Positions 52,601-64,000 of a DNA stretch of 64,000 bases are shown one piece after another (within the stretch, counting starts at the first letter, position 1; every line of letters starts with the position of its first letter). The position numbers and the translations under genes are program-made. The notes under the pieces are model-generated. The model worked only from the letters and a program-made list of their open reading frames with translations, did no database searches and had not been told where the DNA came from. Source of the DNA: Lingula anatina (taxonomy: Eukaryota > Animalia > Brachiopoda); contig CM120642.1 of the NCBI GenBank assembly GCA_051362555.1, positions 24,428,001 through 24,492,000 on the forward strand, given 5' to 3'.

Positions 52601-54859
52601 GGGAAAATCGAGGTCGTGACCTTGAGCCGGAGGTACTTCCGGCTGTGCTCCGAAATCATGATAAATAGTTTTCGTTTTCTAATTTTTTATTCTAGTTGTC
52701 TAAACAGAACTTTTGTGACCCAGACTTATTAATATAATAATAAACAATCTCACAAAACACAAATCTGACCAAAGTTTTACATAGAACCTGCTTCTATACA
52801 TTAATCTAACCCACTGAGACTGTCTTTAATTACAGTTTGCGAGCCTACAGTTACTTTCAATGAATGAAAGCAAAAAAGGCAGACTAAGGGGCCATTCAGA
52901 ATAACTTGTTTCCGACTTACTCATGGACTCCCCAGCTTCTCTGTATTCTACTCAACGCCAGGAGGAGTTGTGGTAGTCTGTCAAGCTGATTGCATTCAGC
53001 GAGAGCCCCCGTGGAGCTAGTGGGCATTAAGAGCTACTGCGAGCTAATTCGTTATGTCCAAGTTCTGAACGACCCGCGTGTACTTCTGGTATTATGCACT
53101 TAACCATGCATCAGAACGAAAGACAAATGAACGGGCCAGACGTGGCTTTACATTTTTTAAATTAAAAAAAAAACAATGCAGTGTGATATATAATTTTACG
53201 ATTTGTGCACAACCCCTACTTACATTTTGATAATCTCTTATGGTCCTGGCGAAGTGCCTCCACTATTGTACGATAAGACCCTGGTGTCATAAAAGCCAGG
53301 TATATACTATATAATTCAATAATTTAGGACCTACTTGAAGTCCTTTACACCGTCATTATATATATGGTCATGTTTTCATGAGCATTTCAGCAAAAATATC
53401 GACTTCTGATACTTTGATTTGAGGATTTTAAATCCTTTTTTAAGGCCCGAGTTGAGAAAGACTTAAGTATCTTTGCAGGATAAATGGACACGGAAAATAA
53501 GACTTTGGGACTATTCCAAACGGGCTAGTATACCTTTATGAACACGCTTCAAGGTGACGAGGGGGTTGAGTATGTTTAAAAGCTAAGTCATGCTTAATCA
53601 GTAGAATGCGTGCTAGATAAACACCGATCAAACCCCTTCTTTAGCAGACACACACAGCGGTTACATGCGCTGACCTAGATACCTTTAAGACTGCTCGATT
53701 GTTGACCAATTTTTCACCTGTCAGTTTTATAAATTACCCAATGCGGGGTAATATTGGTCGATGGACCCAGGATGTTGCTTAAGTAGAACGCACAAGGCTA
53801 ACAAACTATTCTTCTGTCAAGCGAAGCTAAAACAAATATAAAAATGGTAGACGAGGACAAATTTCCTGTCAGTTATATGAAAAACATTCGAGTTTATCTT
53901 ATTTTGCTTGTTAAACTATTTGCGAGAAAAGAGGGAAGGGGGGTGATGAGGCGACTCCGAAGCTATGGAGAGGGAGGGGGGGGGGCACGTGGTCCAATGC
54001 CCCCCTCTTCTGGGTCCGGCATTGTATATTCTAATTGTAGCGAGTGTTTACAGGTAATGAGATAGTGACAGGATCGACATGGGTGCAGGAGTAGGGGATA
54101 TAGTACTACATGTGGCTATATCATACTCATTATGCTCGTAGCCAAGACGTCTCCGATGGGCACTGGTATAGGCATAGCCCTCCTAATCGCGTTTGCCATA
54201 TCTGTGTCCATCAGAGTGCAGCTCATATGTCCTGGTATTGAATTTTTTTCTGGAAGAGGGCAAACAGGGGCCCCACCCCACCCCACTTCTCGTTCTCTTG
54301 CACCTCAGATGGCCTTATCGGGTAACTTTCTTTTGTTACGCAACCCACCCACCCCTTTCTCTTTCAACCCTAGCTATGGGCATGTATATATACAGTATAT
54401 ACACTGTATCTTGCAACATACCTGCTTCTCACGTTGATACTGTATCATGGATCAACTTCAAGGTTTACTGATATATACTTTTACCTGTAATGTAACCCTA
54501 ATACCGAAAGAATACGTTATCACCATGGCTCTTTAATCTGACTCGTGGAGTATTTCAGGAATACGAAGATGAAGATGATAAGTCAGGATGACTATTCATC
54601 TCCACGTCAGTGAAACTCCGTGAGTTTCTTTACAGATAAAGACGCAAGTGTGTATTACCGTAAATTTTACAGAGTAAGGCTAGAAACAAGATGTACTTTG
54701 AATAATTGTAATTACACCCCACCAACCTGAAATTCCCTCATTCTACATGTACCATATCACAGATAAGGTACACTTTTTTTCGCCATATCACAGATAAGGT
54801 ACACTCACACTTTAACTACACTCACACAATTAAATCCCGTCTCCTTAACTTACCGCCAT
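48518..54859 (-). CDS. FYB/ADAP-like proline-rich phosphotyrosine adaptor (3' end unresolved)
   Basis: Phase-compatible exons 54859-54854 (MA), 50902-50170, 49855-49714, 49339-49266, 48605-48518. N-terminal NIKSLLAKF, PKP-rich region, PPNRPPLP, and acidic tyrosine motifs EDDYDDL, EEDFYQP, PDYDDI. No SH3 domain in the window. Confidence 0.7.
51849..52825 (+). mobile_element. Non-autonomous Kolobok-type element in intron 1 of the FYB-like gene
   Basis: TTAA-AGACAGTCTCAG ... CTGAGACTGTCT-TTAA. Internal basic ORF remnant RDRRRSTQTVYVGREVGRWRTLKAELG. Confidence 0.75.
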
Positions 54860-55994
54860 TCTTCGCTCATTCTACTGTCTTAACGCCAAAAGCTGAAAAT
54901 CGATAATCACTTCACGAACTTCCTATCAGCAGACTGGGGTCAAACCCGGAAGAAGTTTGAAAACTTACAATCATGGTGGAAAGTTTATTTACCAGTTCGG
55001 CTATTCGTAACTCCTGCTTTGGCGCATTTAAATATGAAAGGCAAGGTGACAAAAGAATGAGTGTGCCGTGTTGCGCTGCGCCGGTTTCGCATAGTGCATC
55101 AGGGAAGGACCATAGACATTATTTCAAAAGGCAAATCAGACGAAATACGACGTGTATATATTTCATTTAATCGGATTTTTTTAAATATTTGAAGTATATT
55201 TTTCCTAATAGACAAATGCCTCGTTTCCAAATCTCTGACATCTCTGTCTGTGTGCTTACTTTGCTGAGTCGTTTGAACCTCCGTACATGTGGATCGTCGA
55301 ATATAATTATCACTTAATTTTTATGTACAAATTGACCTTCTATGCAAAATTTGTAAACATACTCGCATTCTCGTTCATGAAAATACATCCACCTTCCAGC
55401 CAGGTTTTTTTAAACTTATAACTTATATAACTTATAACCTATATTCGTAAAAAAGGCATTTTCCACTGACCACAAGGTAGTCAGAACTGGCCTTCCGCAC
55501 GCGTGACTGATTGTATAATAAGAATGGTCTGTAAGGAAAAAGTGGTTGCAAAACGCAAGCACGCAACCTTAAATTAATGTCAAGACCTGCGTAGACAAAC
55601 ATTGTAAAAAATGAAAATGAGAGAATGTAAGTCAATCTCTACTTTCACTACACTGGGTACACATTGACGCATAACAAGCAGGATATCCGCAAGGTAAGTG
55701 CCGTTTAGTAAGATACTACTAGTAGCTTGATTTTCTCCTTTAGTTGACAGGACATGTCTCCTTGACTTTTAATGCAAATTTTATGAAGCCTTGTTTCGAA
55801 AGACACATGGCGTCCTGTTTTGTGTATTTGAATAAATGAATAATAAAAAAAAGTAAGGACAGCACATCTTTCTATACATGGAATTGTCTCTATTAGCAAA
55901 TATTGATTAATATTTATTATATCAGTAAAAAAAAACTGACGCTGCATTAATTGGTGATACGCTTTTTTTTTCAGCTGAAAATTGCGACAACATC

Positions 55995-56174
55995 ATGCCG
56001 CCACTTAAGAAGCGCCGTACTGATTCATCAGCAGATTACGTCAGTTACCTGAAAGACAAGTTGGCCTTCGAGAAAGAACGCTTTGAATTAGAAAAGAAAG
56101 AGCGAGGAGCTCAAATTGAGAAAGACAAACAAATGATGGAGATAGTTATGTCTTTGATTAAAAAGAAAAACTGA
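55995..56174 (+). other. 59-aa coiled-coil ORF, probably the C-terminal remnant of a transposon accessory (Harbinger Myb-type) gene
   Basis: MPPLKKRRTDSSADYVSYLKDKLAFEKERFELEKKERGAQIEKDKQMMEIVMSLIKKKN. Preceded by a splice acceptor (~55974) and followed by AATAAA (~56264). Confidence 0.45.
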
Positions 56175-59100
56175 ATTGACATACTAGGCTCTTGCTGCCC
56201 ACAAGATACACATGGGCCGAATCTTTGTTAAAACATTAGTTTTTTTATTCAAGATTTCATTTAAATAAATGTTTGCTTGCGGTATTAATTTTACATTTTA
56301 CTCTTTAATTTTCCATACGCACAATGTACACGTGTACATGTATACATGCTAAATAGTCCTCCAAGGTGGGACGATCTAGTTAAAAGTACCGACTCGTCTG
56401 ATTGCCATACACACAGGTATGGCAGTTGACCAGAAGACCACCTACCAAGTAGTGCTTGGCTACAGGAGACAACAGAACTTTTTAATTCTTTCGGTCGCCT
56501 AAACGTGCAGGTGGGAAAGCTCTCTATTGAGTATTCATTTTGCAACCAAAGCCACAGCGACGGTAATTTCATGGTCGCACAAAGGACGCAGAAAGGACGC
56601 CGTCCAGTGTAAAGGGGGTCAAAGAGAAATCCTCATGGCCCCCTCCAGGTATGAAGCTCATTGTATCTCTACAATATCAGCAATTTAAATATTTTGATAA
56701 TTTATTTAGACATATACAATTTGCTCACATGACAACGTAATTTTACATAGGTAATTTTTTTCGCCACGTGACTGATAAGATGGTAAAATAATAAATAATT
56801 TTAAAATGAGTAAACAAATGGATAAGATAAAACAAGATAAAGAAAACAATAAAGAAAGAAGGAAATAATGGATTTATTGAATAAAATATAAAAAAAACCT
56901 AGTCAATAAACAGACAAATAAAGAAAAAAGCAGGTAGCATAAGTTGGGGTTACCAAATATTTCTGTTGACACTGGATTGACAGTCTCTGCACAGTCAATA
57001 GCAACTAGATATTAAGTCATTTATCTTTAGTGGAAGAAGCAGATGTCTGAAAAACAGTAAATAATAGATAACGATATGGGGAAACTTTTTTTTTGGTGCG
57101 TTGAAGAAAAAGGGGTCGAGTGTGATAGATGAGCCTGAACACATTTCACAAATGATGGCTCTCACTGACTGCCTAGAAATGATAAATTGCCTTTTCAAAA
57201 AACTGTGAAACATTTCAATCGTAAACAGAAGTAGACAATAAAAAACATTCTTCACAGACGGAGTAAATTGTGCTTTACTTGGACAAAAACGAGTCATTAA
57301 TATTTGTGAAAAATATATATAATTCCTACTTCTAGAATAGCAACATTTGCTAAGCAGAACAAAATGTTGTGACAATTTAGTGACTACCGCCCTTATCAGG
57401 CTTTGGAACTTTCAACATAAATATATGCTATTTTAGTTAACTCATGCTGATAACGTTCTTGATTGATATCATCAAGTTTTTTTCGAATAATGCCGAGAGC
57501 AGCCAGTCACCATTGAAAAATGTCCATATTATTTGGAAACAGATACTGCTACACGTATCTAGAAGCGCCCCCTGGTCCTGCGTCGACCGCTTGTAGTGTT
57601 CGTCTTGACTGCAAATTGCATTTTCTCTTTAGCATCTAACAACCATATTAACTTTTTCGTCTGCTCTGTATCTTCTTCTCGGACCAAGTAGATTAGTTGT
57701 GACGCCGTTTTCTCGCCGCTGTGGTGTCCACTCGCTTGATTCCAACGTTTATTGTGCAGGTTCAAATGTGAAACGTTTTCCTTCGACGCTGACGCCAAGA
57801 TTAAGGGCATTCTTGAACTGATCAGTAAAAGAATAAGCAATAAACCACCCATCAACTGCACCAAAAAACTCCCAGAATGCAATGTTACATTTGTGAACCT
57901 CATTGCCACCGTGTCCCAGAGTTTGTATTCTTATTGTTGTCACTTGCTCCTGCAATGTTGATGCAATATTGAAAATATATCCAGTAATTCTTTAGGCCAC
58001 ATGCGTGTCAAAGGCTATCCTCCTCTCTTGCTTCTGAAAGATAAGAAAATACAATAGAATTATATTGATAGCTTTGCTGTAGAAAGGTGTTTCGGGCTTG
58101 TATGAATATCATTGTCATCGTCAAATATGATCTGTTGTACTAATATCTGTACTTTGCTGTCTGTGAGCTATAAGCACGTGTATTCTAGGGACCGTTCCCA
58201 TAACCATATCAAACTAGCTGGATCGATCTAACTCCTCGGGGAATCTCGGTAAATTGCATTCAGTTTAACCGGATTAAATGTCCGGCACACCCCCTCGTAA
58301 CTTAAAGTAGGTGGGTAAAGTCGGTAAAACTTTGAGGTACAGTCCATGATGTTGTTCATGTTCCTTTGAGAGGAGGCGTGCCAGACACATTAAGCTGAGT
58401 ATATTCACTGCGCCTTAACGAGAATCAACGCTGAGAGATCGATCCTGTCAGAACAAAAGGTTTTGAGAACGCAGTCTAACAAGGGTGTTAAGTGTAGCTT
58501 AGATGTTGGGTTACACTGGTTCATGTAGGAAGGTTGATTATGTGTCAAAGGAGAGAGAGAGAGAGAGAGAGAGGGGGGGTACACGGTCCCACGAATACCA
58601 TATTAGGCAAGAGAGAATTAAAGACTAACCTTAAGCTTGCAACACTTAAAACCACTGAATCATTTGTCCGTCTCAGCGTCTCTGGTTTGCAATATAGGCC
58701 ACTCTCACTGACGACATTCAACTGCATGTAGACTGCATTGGGTTGACACTAGTAATAATATCACCCCTACGTGTACATGTAACTGTTCTATCTACAGCGC
58801 GTCTTCTTACATTTGATATGTGGGTCACAAGCTTTTTACATGACTCTTTCTACACTGTTACACCTTTCCGTATTATCATATGCTCCTACGCTCCAGCAGA
58901 CATGAAAAGAAGGGACGTACATATATGGCTTGCGCACATTGGATAATCAAAGCTGGGAACTAGAAATCTCTCTATACAGGTCACTGGTCACAGAAAGCAA
59001 AATGCGTTTGGTTGCAAAATGCGTCTCTACAGCATTTTCATCTCCATTTGTGTTGCGTAGTACCGGTGAAACGAAACTGAGGGTCCGTGTAACGGACAGT

Positions 59101-59862
59101 CCGCCCTCTATTTAGTTATAATGGTTAGGGTTATTCTGACTAAAGGGGGGCTTAATCTAGGGCGAGGCCTCCCTACACAGTGCAGAGATTAGCCATCGAT
59201 TTAACCAGACACATATCCGTTAATATCTAGTAAAAATTCAATCTGTGGCCCTGGTAGAGTGTAGAGTAGGACTAGGTCGCAGCGTTTAGTACGCAAATCG
59301 GTTTCAAAATAGAAAATAACACAATATGATTAGCCACGCTTTTGGAGGAAGTCCGTGCAATAGTCTGCAGGACAATGCCTTCTTTTGGCAGACCAGTAAA
59401 GGTCCTTCATAGATCGACAGGAAATTAAGCTTCAGCTCAGCTGCAGTAAAACCCATGGGAGTGAAATCACGTTCCAATTTTAGAAAACATAAATTTTGGA
59501 AAACAAGCGTTTTGAGGAAAAACTTTGAACAATGTCCAATATTTTATCCCAAAATTCCTGCCTTTGTCTTGGAAGCACGGATATAAGACTTTTTCATAAC
59601 ACACAGAATATGACTCAAATGGTAATTTTTGCCAACCAAGAAAAATCAAAGGAGGAATATCAAAATAGTCAGATATTCTTAACTGGTGTTCTTTTGCAAA
59701 TCCCCCTTTTTCTCAGTTCATTAAAACGGTGTCGTCGGACCGCTCATTATATAATTAATCCTATCATAATCACTTTCAACTCATATTTCTAGGTCTTGTA
59801 AGGCTTGAAAATAATAGTTGCAAAAACGTTGAAACGTTCTGTGTTTGTTGGGATGAGTTTAA

Positions 59863-60086
59863 GACTCCGTTCACATGAAAAATCTATTTTCTAAAAATCT
59901 ATTTTCTATTCGCGGTATCTTGTGATCACTCCGAGCGCAGCCGAGAATTAATTACAGCTTTGGAAGTAACTGGCTCGCGCTGCCAGTAATTACGCCGCGG
60001 GGTATTCAGGGCACAGACCGTGATCACAAGATACCGCGAATAGAAAATAGATTTTTAGAAAATAGACTTTTCATGTGAACGGAGCC
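59863..60086. mobile_element. Harbinger/Tourist-like MITE, intact
   Basis: ~65-bp TIRs with TAA target duplication. Confidence 0.85.
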
Positions 60087-61239
60087 TAATTGCACAGACT
60101 TTTTAATTACTTGTTTTTCAACCAAGGTAAGAGGAATAAAGATAAAGGAGATATTGTTTCAGAATAATGTCTTGTGGTCATTAGTTTAGACAATAATAAA
60201 GACTTCAAATTTAACACAAGTCTCCATATTAATAAAACGTCAAGGCAGTGACGTTACCTATTGAACTGTTTTATTTGTCTTGTAATTCAAATAAAATGTT
60301 ATGTAGTGTAACGAAGTAAGTAGCATGCTTTTGTCGAAATTAGTTTGCAATTCTACATATAGTTGTCAATTTGGATAAAGTACTTTTCGGTGTGCCACTT
60401 TGTATCAGTTGATGTGACGCCGGGTAATCTATTCGAATAAGTCACTTATTGGTGACACAATTGTGTTATTTACCCTGATTAAAAAAGAGGAGATGAGCCT
60501 GTATATAAAGGGGCTCCGTGACATAACCCGTTGTCTGAGCTCTTACGTCTTGAAGCAAGTGTGTGACTTGAAGCTACATGTATACAGAAGTAAGTCAGCT
60601 TTTCTAAGGCACTCGGCCACGACCCCGTCACAATATAACGGTCTCGCCCAGTTTAATCTCTTTTCCTCTCATTAATTTTAATGCATTGTGTGTAAAAATT
60701 TGATTTTTTGTTTTGAGCCTTTTAAGGTCGGAGTGGGTTAGAGAAACAAGTTATTAAACACACTCAAATATTAACATATAATTTATTAACTACACCTCTG
60801 TAATAGGTTATGGAACAAACTGATCTCAAATGAAAATTTGTTAATGATACTGAGATTTGGATACTTTTATATGTAATAATAAGTTACAGCAATGTGAAAA
60901 AATTCACCGTTCTTGTTTTCAATATGTCAAAGTGTTAATCGGTAGTGTAGTTTTTTTAACTGCTTCCAATAACTTATGACTGGAACCCATACAAAGGTAA
61001 ACGACCGTAAACGTAACACTTTATAATTATAATGTACGATTCAATGTCATGTTTTTTGCTTAAAACGGACTTAAGGCTAGTGCAGTGTGTTCAAAACTTT
61101 TATTTTATTTCACTTTAGTGTATTCACATTACAGTGCCCCTGTATTATGTGTATTATGTGTATAAATAGAGACATGTAAAGTGCAATTTGTCCATGTAAA
61201 GTACATGCGTCTCTTTATTTCGTTTTCTTTCAGTAATTT

Positions 61240-64000
61240 ATGATGAAGTGTGGGTCTTTGGTGATCAACACAGCACTTTTACCATGCAAGGCATACTACT
61301 TTCTTTCCTTGGCTGGTAAGTTTTTATATTTCAATTTGGACTAACCCTCAAAAGATGGTACATAGTAGTATGTTAAAGCATGTTTTATACCAGTAGGTAG
61401 CCTGAAGTTGGAACATCACCTATCATTCTTGAAACACAAGAACGGATGAAAAAATGATAAAACAGCCAGAATATACGTAAACACTTGGATCGCCCTAAAA
61501 CGCTCATCAGTTGCATTGGGGCCGAAGGATGGTTGAATGATCGCCACTGATCACCATTGGTCAGCGATGATGGTACAGAGAAAGCAAAGAGAAAGCTTGA
61601 TGGGGGCTCATACGTCGTTCGGGGTTGTCTATTATAGCGACTTAGACTGGGTTCCCATACTTAGATCGATCCATCTGGATCCACCTAACTCTCTGGGGTT
61701 TCACGCTAAATTGCTATCAGCTCAAGATGCTTAATTGTCTGTCACGCCTACCGAATCAGCTAGGGGTAAAGGTAATTAGCCCCTAACAGTTTAACTAGGC
61801 GTGACAGACGTTTTAGCCGGTTAGTTTGGTAGCAATTTAGTGAGACTCCCCAGGGAGATAGATCGATTCAAATATCTGTGGGAATGGGCCCTTAGATTGC
61901 ACAGTGGACGCATAGGGGAGGCAGGCAAGTTGTTCTTGCAGTGGACGCAAAGATCACAAGCGGTTCTACAGGAAAAGCCCGGGTTCAGTCTTTCAAATGA
62001 GGCACAAGGTTCGGAGAAGCATTTTCACAGAGACAGGATTTTCTGGCTGTGGCGACCATTGAGCGTCCTAGATATGTTTTCGATCGGACAAGAGAGGTTC
62101 TCTGTAAAGGCGGCGGAGAAAGGGAGTCTGAGACATGATAAAGGGAGTCTGAGACAGTCACTCGTCATTCACACTCGTCATTTACAAACGGGTAAACTCC
62201 TCTCAAAATAGGAGCACCAAAACGAGCGTAATAACCCACCAACGGTATCTACGCCCAAGACATAAAAAAGAAATAAAGCTTACACTTTTGAAATAATATT
62301 TTTTCAACCATTCAATTTTTTATGCGCTTATGCGTATTAAAATTTAATTTCAGATATTTTTCTATCTGTAGTATCGCATAATACGTCTTTGTGTTGTTAA
62401 GTCTACCGAACATTTTATGGACTTTAGAATTAAAAAAAAATAGAAATAAAATAATTATATTATTATAACTAGTAGGATTCAAAACAATAAGGAGATAAGA
62501 ATATTCACAATTCTTAGTGACACTTATTAACTTTGTGTTTAATATATTTACTATTGTTAAGTTATTTCTGTAGTTTCTATTTTCGATTGTACCGAATTTG
62601 CCGAATGCCAGTTTTATGGTGCATTTGCGTAGAATAGATTTCATTAGAAATAAGCATACTGATTTTGTTTTCAGCACTGGCATCACTGATGCCTTACTTG
62701 CCACTGTACATGCAGCATATAGGCCTCAATGCATCGGAATCTGCCATTATATATGGATCGATGCCTTTCATCACTTTCTTTGTCAAACCATTGTGGTGTA
62801 TGCTGGCAGATAAATTCCAAAAACACAAGCTTTTATTGATATTGGTTTCAGTATTTTGTGCAGTTTTTAGCTCAATGTGTCTTTTGGTGCCGCATGTTCC
62901 AGCGGTGAAGGGACCAGTCAGGGTGTATTTACTTGCAAACAACAGCAATGTTACTGTCAGTAAATGCCAATGGTACAAATCAAATTACGAGACACATATT
63001 GAAGAGGGTTATTGCCTACAATCTAATGAAGATGATAATTATCTGCACTTGGTAAATATCTGTTCCTTATCTTGTGAAAAAAAGGATAATGATACTGGAA
63101 CCATAAAACTTTGTATTCAAAGAACTGCATATTGCCAAGATTATGAGAATTTTGACAGGCTGCAAATGCAAAACGTGTCACTTCATCTAATTGGTGAGAA
63201 TGACACTCAAAGCACACTTGCAACACCTGCAAAGAAATGCCATCAATATCTAGTTGACTCATTTGAAGTAAATAGCTCCGAATTTGACAGAATTCAGGTA
63301 AAGCATCCATTGGCTATGGAGTGTAATCTGGCCTGCAAGGAAAACACATCTCAGGAGAGACAAAACGTAAACAACAGAGGTTTAACATTTGGGCTTTTCT
63401 TCCTTCTGTATCTTCTTTCTCAGATATTTCAGTCGGTGACCCTCCCTTTAGCAGATGCCATGTCCTTGAGCATATTAACAGAAAAGCACAGAACAAGTTG
63501 GGGTCGTACCAGGGTGTTTGGTACCCTTGGTTATGCATTATTTGCGGTCATTTCTGGCTTATTTATGGACTCTTTTACTCAGCAGAAGTCGGTGTCAAAC
63601 TTTTATGCAGCATTCATCCTATCTGGGTCTCTGTCAATAGTTTCAGCTGTGTCTGGTTATTTCATAGACATCCCCAAGGATATCCAATGTGCTCGGATGA
63701 TGAAGAATCTGACACTGCTGTTCAAAGATGCAGAGATCTGTATTTTTCTGATAATCATGTTCATCTTTGGTGTGTTCATGGGTGTTTTGCAGACGTTTCT
63801 CTTTTGGTACCTTGGGGAGCTGTGTAGCCCGAAGGTACTGATGGGGTTGACCCTGGTTGTCGAGTGTGTATCTGAAAGCCCAATGCTGTATTTTTCTGGA
63901 TGGATTATCAACAAAATTGGGCATAGGCCAATATTGTTCATTACCCTTGGGGTATACGCTCTTCGGTTTGGAGCGTATTCATTTCTGACCAATCCATGGT
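61240..64000 (+). CDS. MFSD6-like major facilitator superfamily transporter (5' part; runs off the window)
   Basis: Exon 61240-61315 (MMKCGSLVINTALLPCKAYYFLSLA) splices to 62675-64000, which is open to the window end: SLMPYLPLYMQHIGL...KPLWCMLADKFQKHK...Cys-rich loop...WGRTRVFGTLG...FLFWYLGEL...YALRFGAYSFLTNPW. Possible TATA at ~60502 and non-coding exon donor at ~60589. Confidence 0.9.
61645..61891. mobile_element. Diverged Harbinger-type MITE in an MFSD6-like intron
   Basis: TTA on both sides; internal GATCGATC and GGGGTTTCACGCTAAATTGC shared with the 28373-28841 family. Other diverged relatives at ~30810-30890 and ~58190-58475. Confidence 0.65.

Noticed and set aside
62598-63992. Fragmented ORFs suggesting a pseudogenised transporter
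   Set aside because: They are off-frame or antisense. The true frame from 62675 is open to the window edge and is missing from the track only because it has no stop.
1-64000. Prokaryotic features (CRISPR array, operons, defence systems)
   Set aside because: Spliceosomal introns, microsatellites and animal genes throughout; no repeat-spacer array seen.
1-64000. tRNA, rRNA or snRNA genes
   Set aside because: None recognised by eye; the hairpins seen are explained by MITEs.

Overview
AT-rich animal genomic DNA with spliceosomal GT-AG introns. An invertebrate, possibly molluscan, source is my inference. The ORF track is mostly noise; real genes appear only after splicing. Positions 1-48 kb hold a five-copy cluster (A+ 2749-7956, B- 15244-11341, C+ 20794-26287, D+ 37562-40848, E+ 42914-46213) of a compact gene. 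It encodes a 308-aa secreted protein made only of a signal peptide and three mucin CysD/WxxW-type domains, with a CxxC linker. A-D are intact; E has a nonsense codon and a partial exon duplication. A/B/C form a forward-inverted-forward triplication with one junction inside a stack of Harbinger-type MITEs. Between copies lie stranded exons of an ADAMTS/reprolysin-like protease and of PPAT, plus many DNA-transposon derivatives (Tc1, Harbinger-type and Kolobok-type). To the right are a minus-strand FYB/ADAP-like adaptor gene whose last visible exon ends at a splice donor facing the cluster, and the 5' part of an intact MFSD6-like transporter. All family assignments are from motif recognition, not database searches.
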